Assembly: GCF_018350175.1 (NCBI RefSeq)
Contig: NC_058368.1
Coordinates: forward strand, 63,924,001-63,988,000
Source of the DNA: Felis catus
Lineage: Eukaryota
Direction of reading: 5' to 3'
Length of the DNA: 64,000 nucleotides
In this document: piece by piece, positions 1 through 11,142 of the stretch
How positions within the stretch are numbered: position 1 is the first letter of the stretch
Layout of the letters: every line of letters starts with the position of its first letter
Notes under the pieces: generated by a model
The model's input: only the letters and a program-made list of their open reading frames with translations
Told to the model about the DNA's origin: nothing
The model's database searches: none
Program-made: the position numbers and the translations under genes

Positions 1-843
1 TTTTATATTTTATTTTTTAAAATTTACATCCAAATTAGTTAGCATATAGTGAAACAATGATTTCAGGAGTAGATGCCTTAATTCCCCTTACCCATTTAGC
101 CCATCCCCCCTCCCACAACCCCTCTAGCAACCCTCAGTTTGTTCTCCATATTTATGAGTCTCTTCTGTTTTGTCTCCCTCCCTGTTTTTATATTATTTTT
201 ACTTCCCTTCCCTTATGTTCATCTGTTTTGTCTCTTAAAGTCCTCATATGAGGAAGTCATATGATTTTTGTATTTCTCTGACTAATTTCACTTAGCATAA
301 TACCCTCCAGTTCCATCCACGTAGTTGCATATGGCAAGATTTCATTCTTTTTGATTGCTGAGTAATACTCCATTGTGTATATATATATATGTTTATATAT
401 ATATGTGTGTGTATGTGTGTATGTGTATATATATATACACACACACACATACACACACCACATCCTCTTTATCCATTCATCCATCGATGGACATTTGGGC
501 TCCTTCCATACTTTGGCTATTGTTGATAGTGCTGCTATAAACATGGGGGTGCATGTGTCCCTTTGAAACAGCACACCTGTATCCCTTGGATAAATGCCTA
601 GTAGTGCAATTGCTGGGTCATAGGGTAGTTCTATTTTTAGTTTTTTGAGGAATCTCCGTACTGTTTTCCAGAGTGGCTGCTCCAGGTTGCATTCCCACCA
701 ACAATGCAAAAGAGCTCCCCTTTCTCTGCATCCTCGCCAACATCTGTTTTTGCCTGAGTTGTAAATGTTAGCCATTCTGACAGGTGTGAGGTGGTATCTC
801 ATTGTGGTTTTGATTTCTATTTCCCTGATGATGAGTGATGTGG
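1..843 (-). mobile_element. Carnivore L1 LINE, 5'-truncated 3' end (ORF2 C-terminus + 3'UTR)
   Basis: ORF 257-916(-) contains L1 ORF2 C-terminal motifs ([44 protein letters not shown]); T-rich tail at window start; TA/TG/CA microsatellite at ~376-460. Confidence 0.95.
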
Positions 844-2058
844 AATTGAGAATATATTTTTTTTTCTTGAGAATATATTTTTTAAAATTTGTATTTCTTG
901 CCTTTACTGAGAGCACTTACAGTATGTAGAACTTTGAGTTCTTACAGTCTTCATGCCAGTGAAAGTTCTATCACTTAGGTCTAGTAATTAAATTATACTT
1001 TGACTTGTGCTATCTCTTTTTACCTTGTGCAAACTGGAAGGGAGGTTTTTTGTGTGTATTAACAATTTTTCTACAAAGAGTAATGAGAATCCCATGGGGA
1101 TTAATGAAAGATTTAGTATATTATATAAGTATATATAATATATTACATTACATTATATCATGTCATTCTAGAGCCCCAAGAACCTTAGTTTCAGTTTGTT
1201 CCACTCTTCTCCACTATTTGGGCTGGGGTTTGTATAATAAGAAATACTGTTGGGGAAATCAGTGATTTGGAAAAACTTTTTAGAGGGATAGTATTTTCAA
1301 CTCAAAGAATGTATTTTCTTCTATATTGTATATTTCTTAAGACTTCATTCATGGCTTAAGAATTTTTAAAAAAGCTCATATTTAGCAAGAATTCTCTATA
1401 GAAAGTGTCTACATTTCTGATAAAGGAAGTGATTCTCATTACTCTCATTTGTTTCCAGCTCATTCTCCCCTTCCCTGCATCACCCAGCCTCTTGTCTGTC
1501 AGCTACTTCCAAGTGCACTGTTCCACATCACTCTCCTGAGAACAGCTTGCACTTTGCTTTAATCTTTTCTCAAACACCCCTTCTACCTCATGACCATAAC
1601 TGCCATTTTCTTCTCCTTGAGAATATTTCCTCTGGTCCATCCCAATCTCATAGGTCCCCAATCTACTTCCACTCCTCTTGGCTCCCCTGGCATCAGGCAA
1701 GCCTCCCACACTGGCTCTCTACCACCATCTCCAGGCTGCTTCCAAATATTCTTAAGCCCTGATTATTTTCTAGCAGACAAGGTTTTATAAGCATTATCTC
1801 ATTTAATTCTCCTAAAACTTTACTCCTTAGTGCTCCAAAATAAGCTGACTGGGTGGCATCTCTTTTCTGTTTGATTTTGAGAAAACTCTCATGCGTATTT
1901 GAATTTTTTAAAAAAATATATATCATTTAAATTATATTTTTATTTGTGGCTCAGCCAATTCTTGATATAAATATTCAACAGGATTATTTTGTCTTCAATA
2001 CAAAGTCAATGCTAAAATCTAGTATCTTCGTATCTAGTTGACTAATTATGATAACTTC

Positions 2059-2380
2059 ACCATGGAATACTATGTGTTAGTCAAGAATTATGCATATTTA
2101 TATCTGCTAATGTGGAATGATTTCAAAAAATTATTAAATTAAGGTAGTTAAAACTAGGATATAACATATTTTAGCAGAAGATCTGAATAAAAAATAGCAA
2201 TATTGGTTCTGCATTGAATATTTCTGGACAGTTACATGAAATATACTTAAAAAGTACTCAGGAGCTTTTATTTTTTATTTGCCTTGTATTTATTTATGTT
2301 TAATGAGAAAAGATGTTATAGTGATGTTAGAATTATAGGCTGTTATTGTTTTCTCTTTTTATAATTATTTTTTAAAGTGA
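2059..2380 (+). mobile_element. Old L1M 3' fragment
   Basis: accatggaatactat...atgtggaatgatttc resembles a degraded L1 ORF2 end/3'UTR. Confidence 0.45.
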
Positions 2381-4649
2381 AAGTGCTATTTTTACATTCA
2401 ATTTCTAACTAATTTGGCTTTTCGTAGTAATTTTGTGATACAGTTTTGTCAAAGCATTAATGGCTATGGCTAAATACTGAACTAGTGAATTTATCTAAAA
2501 AGTCTTCAGTATAAAGTTAAATCCTGATGAATGTTGCAATCTTGAATTATTAGGTACTTTCTCCTTAAGACAAAAGGAAGTATAATAGTGATCACCGTGT
2601 GAAAACACTAAGATCCTCAAATAAAATACTCATTTTGGAGATGTGCACTTGATGGAGATAAATAATGCCATTGAATTTTGAAGAAATGAATTATCAAGTA
2701 AATGTATACTGCATTTAGGGATGATAGCGTTTTTTTTCTTTTTTATGGTGGATTATAAAATTCATCAGATTCATTCTAGAGAAATTATGCCAAACACATC
2801 AATAGGATAAATTGGTGGCCAAGACTGAGTCTATCATTCATTATAAGAGCAAAGTGACTATTTTGGCAAGACTTCTTCTCCTGAAGGCATTTTTTAGGAG
2901 ATGATTGATAAGATTATTTATGTGCACAGACGTGCTGTCTCAAAAAATAGGAGAGCCATACTGATTGTTTCAATATTATGACAGTCCTATAAAATGGAGC
3001 GAAATCAGGTTTGCGCTCATCAAAAGAAGTGGAATCCTTTGTGACTATAGATGGAAATATCTCAGCTATCTGTAGGATACGAGGAGTGTTTAATTTGTGA
3101 AGCAAAATCTATTTTAATTCAAATGATTTTAAGGACTGCATGGACACCATACACTACACTGCAATAGTGAGGTCAACAGCTCGCAGAATTTCTGGTTTAA
3201 GATGAAAATATGTTGCTGAATTCCATTCAGTCTCTATCTCTTGAAGTCCCTCTTATCTCCCCCTCCTGTCTCTTTATCATGAAACAAAATTGTTCTCTGA
3301 AAGGCGCGTCAGTCCTTCTGTTCTCAGAGCTCTGTTCTCAGTTCTGTGTGATTACAAATTGATTGTTTGATGGTTTGCACTACTCTTTCGGGGTATTGAA
3401 GTGCATGTGACAGCTACTTAATTACCAGGGCTCCCTTTTCCCTTCTGATTAATAGAAGGATAATTCAGTTATTCTCCCTCAGTCTCTAGGAATTTATGAC
3501 CTGTACAACAACTCTCAAACTAGCCAGGAGCTGTGAGGTATCCTAGAAAAATGAATAATGCACATGATTTCTACTTCATCTTGAATTATTGTTTCTTAAT
3601 GCTTCTTTCCTAATTCAGTGTTTTCCTTTCAAACTCTCATTATAAGGTGGCCCTTCTGAACATAATATAATTGAATTTTTAAAAATCAGATAAAAATATA
3701 AAACCTTGGAAGTCTCTGAGACTTTATACTTATCCATTATCAGATTCCCAGACAATAGCATATTTCCTTATATTTATTTATTATATTTATGTGTATATAT
3801 ACATATATATATACACATGTATATATCTAAATGTATCTGTGTATTTATTTTATGATACAAAGCTGCTAGCTGATCCCTGTTTGCACCTCTTTGATTCATA
3901 CATTTCTTTAAAAAAGTAAAAAATTTTTTAATTGCGTGTGAATATAATATTTTTTAACTTCAATTTTTTCCCTTACATTATCTATCTGAAAAGCTACTTT
4001 ATCTTCGATCTTCCTTCTTCTTCCTGACCTTGCTGCATTCAACTATATTTTATTTATTTATTTGTTTGTTTACTTATTTATTTATCTATTTATTTATTTA
4101 AACACCTGGCCTAATTTCCAAATGTTATGGACAACAAAGCAGTCAGGTCTCTGGATTGTTCTGATTTTCATTAATGTAACAACTAGTTGCTTTTCCTGGG
4201 TGGCTTATGCAAAGGCAGTATGTTCTTCCTGACTTAAACAATCTGTTTAGTAGTTCTTTTTTTCCCCTTGCAATTTCTGTCTATTCAGTAAGGTTTCTAG
4301 TATTGTTGAAGTATAGCTTCATGATGATCATCATTGTTATCATACCTATGGCCCATCTAATTTGCTTCAGAGTTTTAAGATGATGTGATTAGAAGATGTC
4401 CCCACTCCTACCCCACCATGGCAATCTGCTGTGGGCCCTGAATTTCCCACTATTAATGGAATGATCTTCAACTAAATCATTTTCTCCATGCAACTGTACA
4501 TACAACTTTGCCAAACTCCCACTTTTATCTTGAGTCCTCATGGAATGAATCCCCTCACTTATGTTTTGTTGTAACCTCTAACTCCCCCATGACACCTATA
4601 TTTTTTGCATTTACATGTCATATATCTTTTTTCTTCTTATCTACTGCAG

Positions 4650-5068
4650 TGTCTTTTATTATAGAACTCTGTGTTACCTGACAGGTTAAGAATGTTTAAT
4701 ATCATTGAACACCTATCAGTAATATTTTTAAAGACAAGAGGACTCTGAGGAATAAGTTTTGTAAGTGTTACCGAGAACTAAGCAATTTGGAGATTTGGGA
4801 GGTGGCTTGGTGATAACCCTTTGGTGGGTAATACATGGGTGGAAAATGAAACTGAGTGCTGAAAGATGAGAATAAAGATGAATCATAAGAATTTCTTCCT
4901 ATGGCTGACTCTGCATGCTGGTTTGTTTTCTGACTTACTCTTAAAATCACGCATGTCTCATGGTGTGCACTTCCATAGATATTTTTGGGAACTCAGACTC
5001 TAAAGAACTCTAAGAAGCTCAAGTGTTCTGGGTTAGAGATGTGATTGTCTTTATCACAGATGAGGCAT
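4650..5068 (-). pseudogene. EBLL: N-terminal ~135 codons of a bornavirus-like L polymerase
   Basis: DNHISNPEHLSFLEF ~ BoDV-1 DQSLKNPLLGTEVSF; AHH ~ PHH; QFHFPPMYYPPKGYHQATSQISKLLSSR*HLQNLFLRVLLSLKILL ~ [46 protein letters not shown] (includes ORF 4768-4950). Confidence 0.75.
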
Positions 5069-5466
5069 CTGGGTATGAAGTGGATAAAAGTGCCTGAGGT
5101 CAAAAGCCTGAGTTTACAATCCTCAGTGAGGGATGAACTGAAACACTTCTGTTCTTTTGTGAGAGAAATAAAAATAAAGTATGGTCGTAGATACCTTTTA
5201 AGGGACTGTCAAATCAATCGCATAGTGTATGTCCAGGAGGACGAATACAGGTGTGTGTATTGGGTTCAGAATAAACAAGTATGTGTTGGGTTCAGAATAA
5301 ACCTAGACTTTGCAGAGTTCTTGGTGGTGTACTGTCTTTTTCTGCCTTACTCTAGTTTGTCTGCTTGGCAAATAAATTGTATGTAAATGGTGCCTGAAGT
5401 AGTTTGGAAAATGACATAGAGTGGCAAGGGGATACACTTTTTATCTACTTTGTTCCAAGTCTTCAC
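5065..5466 (-). pseudogene. EBLM: near full-length bornavirus-like matrix protein gene
   Basis: IYIQFICQADKLE*GRKRQYT ~ BoDV-1 M LNIPFLSVKEPLQLPREKKLT; KRYLRPYFIFISLTKEQKCFSSSLTEDCKLRLLTSG ~ KDPIRKYMFLRLNKDQSKHAINAAFNVFSYRLRNIG; ~134 codons versus ~142 aa for BoDV-1 M; three in-frame stops. Confidence 0.75.
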
Positions 5467-5519
5467 ATTCCTAACTAGTGTTAAAACCTAGGAAGATACC
5501 CATTTGTTGCAGGCCAATA

Positions 5520-6841
5520 TACATATTTTGGTCTTTTCTAAAAATGCTACAACAGTTGGGTAATAATTGCACATTATCCCATCTTCTGAACTGAGATGTT
5601 TCTTCTGAATCCCTCTTCACTGGCTTACTACCTTAGCAGTCAGTTGTCTCCTGTTAAGTGTGTAATCATTACATTCAGGTAGTTGGATTCAGGTGAGAGT
5701 GGGAACTACTTCTTTAAACCTACTCACAAGGCTACTTTCTATCTTGGTAATAGGATGACACCCTGGCCAATTGTCAGAACCCTTTGGTCACTCTCTGTGT
5801 GTAAAGGACGTTATATTGTCATTAGTCCCATCACTAGTGTAAATTTAGTAATTAAATTCAGTCCCATAAAAAGTCTAAATTCTGCAAGGAAAAGGTCTAG
5901 TCCAACTTCGTAGTCAAAACTCAGGTGGTCATTTCTCCCCATTCCCCGGTTGCATACCAAATCAGTCTAGGGGGGGCCCCAAGCGAGGAGTGAACAACCT
6001 CAGGTCCATGTGCCAACCATGTGTTCTCATCCTCCAGCCACTGTTTTGACTCTGGCTTAGCAGATATTAGGAATTGATATTCTAGGCCTTTGTGTGCTCA
6101 AGGCTCATTTCTCCCTCTGATGGTAAACCTCTGGTTTCTTTCTGTTGAGATCTACTGGGGTCTTTTTCTACAACATGGACTGCTGTAGACCATAGAAACT
6201 TTGCTTCTCTCTCTGGCCTATACCCAGTGTAACTGCCTCTCTTTCCTCTGCTGCTACGCCAGGAACTTCCTCCACAAGCACAGGCTGCCATTCATAAACA
6301 TAGGGATCTATTACCAGTCCTTTCAATCTTGCGAACTTAAGGGTGTCTAAAGCCTTTCTCACTTAGGGTGAATGAATGGTGGAATGCCACAGCCAACCCA
6401 CAAGTTTCTTCAAAGAAATTCTCTTCTTCTGCCTCTTCAGCATCATTTTTTTATGCAATTAAGGTGAATATGACCATGAAGAACTGAAAACGGTTTTTAG
6501 TCATGTGCTTTTTGTATCTGGCACCTGAGTTTCGAATCCCATCTATTGTTTGTTCTTAGCTGAAATGGAAACATCAAGAGGGCTGTTTTAGCATCCCTTT
6601 ACATGCTTTTGGAAGTGGTATGTAGGAGAGAGAAAACTAGATTCCATGTTCAAGATACTGCAATAGCCCTTGAATGATATGCAAAAGTAAGGCATTGTCG
6701 TCACCTCTGAGGGACTTAGAAACTGAAAACAAGTAGAGAGGGATGCCTGGGTGGCATCTGACTTCAGCTCAGGTCATGATCTCACAATCTGTGGGTTCAA
6801 GCTCTGTGCTGACAGTTCGGAACCTGGGGCCTGCTGCAGAT

Positions 6842-6881
<40 letters not shown>

Positions 6882-7100
6882 CCTTCTCTGTTTACACTCT
6901 GTCTCTTTCTCTCTCAAAAAAAAATTAAAATAAAAAAAATTAAAAACAAAAACAAGTAAAGAAATGTTCATGATATGTACACAGGCTTTTAACTTCAGGC
7001 ACTTATCCACTTCCAACCAAAACAGGTGCTGTGAAGTAAGAGCGACGAAAAAATCCCACAGACTTTCAAATAAATGGTTGAATATCAAATAAGGGGTTCA
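5520..7100 (-). pseudogene. EBLG: bornavirus-like glycoprotein gene, most of ectodomain, frameshifted and SINE-interrupted
   Basis: SLWDFF...VDKCL (W at 7058) ~ TYWGFF...VKGCL; VTTMPYFCISFKGYCS (6704) ~ VQTFPPFMYCSFADCS; FHHSFTL ~ FRRSYSL; CACGGSSWRSSRGKR (RGKR 6249-6238) ~ CANYTSSCRPRLKRRRR; KQWLEDENTWLAHGPE...RLIWY (6046) ~ KYFLNDEGRLQTNTPE...RVMWF; DLFLAEF...LNL (5897) ~ DYHLEEF...LNM; ESDQRVLTIGQGVILLP (5795) ~ ETDPINHAYGTQADLLP. Confidence 0.85.
6740..6948 (+). mobile_element. SINEC (felid Can-SINE) inserted in EBLG
   Basis: tRNA-derived head, (CT)n, A-tail; TSD aaaacaagta(g/a)aga at 6726-6739 and 6949-6962. Confidence 0.95.
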
Positions 7101-7187
7101 AAAAGTATTTAATAAAAGAGGTAATATGTGATATGTGTCTTCATTCATTCATTTTCCCCAGTTCATTCACTTAAAATAATTTCTCTT

Positions 7188-7379
7188 GGGGCATCTGGGT
7201 GGCTTAGTTGGTTGGGTGTCCGACTTCGGCTTAGGTCATGATCTCACTGTTCATGGCAGTGTTCCCTCTGTGCTGACAGCTCAGAGCCTGGAGCCTGCTT
7301 CAGAGTCTGTGTCTCCTTCTTGTCTTTGCCCCTTTCCAGGTCTCTCTCTCTCAAAAGTAAATAAACATTAAAAAAATTT
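7188..7379 (+). mobile_element. SINEC
   Basis: ggggcatctgggtggcttag head, A-tail, TSD aaataa(t/c)ttctct. Confidence 0.95.
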
Positions 7380-7394
7380 TAAATAACTTCTCTA

Positions 7395-7585
7395 AAATAT
7401 TTATGGATGAGATTAGATGGTGTCTGGGATTTGCTTATAAAATAATTCAGTGACTAGAGGGAAGAGGGTCATACTGTATGTAAAACAAGTGTTTCTGTGT
7501 GTGGATAATCATTGAAGCTGTTTTTTGGGTACAGGGCTGCTTATTTTCTGTATTTGTGTATGTTCAAAAGTTCTATAATAAAACA
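7395..7585 (+). mobile_element. Old L1M 3'UTR fragment
   Basis: gtctgggatttgctt...ttgaagctg...ttctataataaa resembles L1MC/ME 3' ends. Confidence 0.55.
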
Positions 7586-7619
7586 TAGAAGTACAAAAAT
7601 GATAAGGCATAAAAAATTA

Positions 7620-7800
7620 CACGTAAGCAGCTACTCTGTCACATTGTTCTAGATACTGGGGATACAGTGACGGACAAGACAGACATGAGCCATCTCTCAT
7701 TAGATTAGGATATAGAGGAGATGAACACAGAACAAATAATTACATGTGTGAGAAGAGTCTGCAAAATCTTTAAGGTTGGGTGGAATTTTAATCAGCAGAC
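7620..7800 (-). mobile_element. L2 fragment
   Basis: ctactctgtc...ctagatactggggatacagtga...aagacagac L2 3' end signature. Confidence 0.6.
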
Positions 7801-10752
7801 TTGGAAGCAAGAAAGATTGGGAGCAAATGTAGTCTTGAAATAAATGCTTCAAGTTTGGTGGCCTACTAATTGCATTATTTCTGTTTGTGTATAACCTTTC
7901 AGATTATCTTTTCTCCTTCTCAACATTGTCTTTCATTTGAACTTCATGGCTGTGTCCTATTTAGTATTAACCTTTCCTTTGTTCATTATACCAGCCATTC
8001 ATTCAGAAAGTTCTTAAAGCCCAGAGATTACAAATGTTAGGCTCAAGAACCAGGCTACCAAGGTTCCTAATAAAGATTAGGCACTTATTAGTAATGTGAA
8101 TTCAGGAACCTTCATTAACCACTAAGTGTATCAGTTATCTTTAAAACATGGCTGCCAATAATATCTGTCTCATATTTGATAATTAAATGTTATTCACAGA
8201 AATAATTTAGAGTAGTAGCAATCATATAATTAACATCACACAACTGTTAAATCTTCTTATTATTAAACAGTGTATACTTATTGACTTCAGTAGAAATGAA
8301 ATTCTACTGAACTTCTCCTTTGGATGAGTTTTATCATGGAACAGAAGACTTTCATTTGGAAAATAAAGATATGTGTGGAGGTTAGTGTATGAGTGAATAA
8401 AAATTAATATTAGGGATTTTGGTCTGGGAATAGGAGATAGTCCCTTATTAATATTTTAATCATATTATTTGATATTTTAGATAATAATTTCATTAAGGTT
8501 GTAAGGAAAATAGACCTTAATAGGCAGTTTATCAACTACCCTAACTGTAGAGAATTTTTGTCTGACTTGTACCCATGCAACGTTTCAGTTTTCTTAAGGG
8601 ATCACTAAAAGTTAAGATACAAAGAAAAAGCACTATGAAGATAAAATAAAAATATTTTACTCTTAAGCTGTAGTTTGGGAATATTCAGTCACTGGCTGTA
8701 GCATCTTAGGGTTGCTCGTAACGAACTACCAGTTGACTGGAAACAAAGCTCTGAAGCCACACTAAATTTCAGTACATCACACACCAGATTGTTTTGGTGA
8801 CGTGACAATTTTAAGGCTGCTACACTTACAGTCATCACTCTCCATCCACTGAGTTCCCAAAGGAAATACATATTGTGAACAGAATCCCTCGAACAAAATG
8901 AGATTGAACATCAGCCATCGCCATGTCTCTAACTACTCAGGTTCTCGCCAGACCTCCACAGTACACATAAACTGTTTTTAACTTGCTACTTGTTTCCATC
9001 AGGGATTGTGTGTAGAGGAAGATTAAAAAAATAAAATAAAAAAGATAGCAAGATAAAAGTTTACTGAAGTGGAAACCTAAAGGACCTTTCCCCATCTGTT
9101 TGGCACAGAAGTTGTTATCTCTTTGGGGTTACGGATTTCATCACAGTTCCATAGACTTGTGACTTCCAGATTGTGTTATTGCAAAACAGTGGCAATCTGA
9201 AAGGCCTCCAGGATGCCTATTCCTACATTAGCCAGAACAGTTCCTTAGTTATCCTTCATTTTCATATTGAGCTTACAGGTGAAAAACGATTCCCTCTTCA
9301 GTAAAATAGGCATAAGTTTGCTAAACTACAAAGAGGGAACATAGTTTTTCTTAGTCTAGTCCTATTTCTACAACATAGCATATAAATTCATCAGTGAATG
9401 ATTTATTATATTTTAAAATAAAACGCCAGAGGAGAGATGAAAGAGACCAGTCACTTATTCTTAATACTTTCTTTTTCAAATAGACTCCAGGATAGTCTCA
9501 TAAATTTTATTAGGGCATCTCATCAGTTATCAGAACATTTTATTGCCCAGCCAACAAAATCCTTATTTTCTGATGCATTCTTCAAGACAAATATATAAGT
9601 TTTGTTAGATATTATTGAAATGGGTTTCCAAAATCTAATTTGAACTTACTTACACCTTAATGAATGTAACATTTGAAGAATATTGACCTTTATATTTTGA
9701 CTTGCCTGAATATTTATTTCATTGTTCTGAAGATTTCTTTTTCTCATAACTATACTGAAATGAGCAAATGTTTTAATATTTTTGTTGTTGTTTAGTTCTC
9801 CTAGGGAAATAGATGAATGCAAATTTTTGAGTGTTTGTATAACCTAGGCAAAGTTTATTTTTAATCAGTTTTATATACAGTGGCAGCCACAACGAGGTCA
9901 AGTTATAAATCTTTTAGATATTGAATAGACACCGAAGACTCTCACAGTAATGAAGGAAATGAATCTCAAGTTTAGAAAGTAGCATCAAAATCAGTCCATC
10001 CTATATAGAACAAAACTCTAAAAAATTATTGGGAGAAGGGGAAATACAAATAAGAAAATTTTGTTTTCTATACACTTCAAGGTAGTGCAAAATTTTTTAT
10101 GATGCCGATATTATTATAATATGAAAAATGATATTGACGTGTTAAGAAATACAATATATTTCTTGAATTTCCTGTTAGTATCAGCCAAACTTTAACCTGA
10201 ACTGGTGAGTTACTACACGTTTCTTTTCCCCATTCTATGCAGTTCTGACAGCAAGAAAGCCTTCCTTTTCTGTAAATTGAAGACTGTTCATTAGTTGGTA
10301 AGGTTTTAATACATGATATGTGATGATATAAATACATTTTCCTATAAATTTTGTACAGATTAAATATGAAATGCCAATTATGTCCATAGATGTAATATGA
10401 GTTCCTTTATGGATTATTATAGACAAAATCTAGGCATTTTTAGGTATATTGGATCATTAAATCAACAGCATTTCAGGTGATATATTTAAATTATTTTGCA
10501 TCAAGCAAAATTAAGATCTTTTAGTTGGCATGGACTATTTAAATATAATGCAAAGTAGTAAAAACATGTATGCTGCTATTGGTTCGGAATTGAGTCACTG
10601 CCATCTAATTTGAAGTCACACTTCTCATTTGGGATACATATTTGTTTAGAGGTAAAATGTGATGCTCTGTGGGATAGAAGGAGCCACAAAATAAACATGA
10701 AACCTGCAGTGATTGGGCTTTTTATGTGATGGGCATATGGTAACTTATTGGA

Positions 10753-10818
10753 TGTAACAGGGTTCTCCAGAGAAATAGAACGAATGATATCAGTAGTTTC
10801 TTTCTTTCTTTCTTTCCT

Positions 10819-10874
<56 letters not shown>

Positions 10875-11142
10875 TCATCATTTGTCTATTGTCTATCATC
10901 TATATAAAGGGATTTTTAAGGAATTGGCTCACGCAATTGTGGAGACTGGTGATTCTTATATCTGTAAGGCAGACTGGTGGGTTGGCAATTCTGGCAGAAG
11001 TTGATATCTTGGTCTTGAGTCCAGAAGCCATCTGGAGGTAGAATTCCTTCCTCTTCTGGAGATCTCAGTTTTTCTCTTAAGCCTTTCAGCTGATTGGACA
11101 GGCCCACCCACACCATGGAGTTGATTTGCTTTACTTAAAATC
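10753..11142 (-). mobile_element. MLT2-type ERVL LTR fragment containing (TTTC)n at ~10797-10876
   Basis: cagggttctccagagaaa...ggaattggctcacgcaattgtggag...tgattgga...cccacccac matches reverse MLT2. Confidence 0.85.

Larger units (their letters stand above)
4625..7120 (-). other. Endogenous bornavirus-like element (EBL), polycistronic G-M-L(partial), interrupted by a SINE
   Basis: About ten collinear peptide blocks on the minus strand resemble bornavirus G, M and L in order (see sub-features); many stops and frameshifts; by-eye comparison with recalled BoDV-1 proteins; boundaries approximate. Confidence 0.85.

Noticed and set aside
257..916. 219-aa ORF as a host gene
   Set aside because: It is the truncated L1 ORF2 C-terminus read through a microsatellite.
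2914..3105. Minus ORF with ILQIAEIFPSIVTKD resembling BoDV-1 L ILRIADL...FNDIVSDK, as a possible continuation of EBLL
   Set aside because: Single short match that aligns about equally to two places in L. No supporting motifs were seen in the flanks, and the frame translated over 4100-4620 shows no L similarity. Worth including in the blastx run.
5045..5386. 113-aa plus-strand ORF
   Set aside because: Antisense to EBLM, non-ATG start, no recognisable product.
6168..6362. ORF containing QPVLVE, identical to a hexapeptide near the BoDV-1 L C-terminus
   Set aside because: Out of order and in an alternative frame overlapping the better-supported G match; treated as chance.
8689..8970. Unique sequence upstream of EBLG as possible N or P remnant, or a host exon
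   Set aside because: Minus-strand translations show no bornavirus N/P motifs and contain stops. It is separated from the EBL by older L1/L2/MIR sequence.
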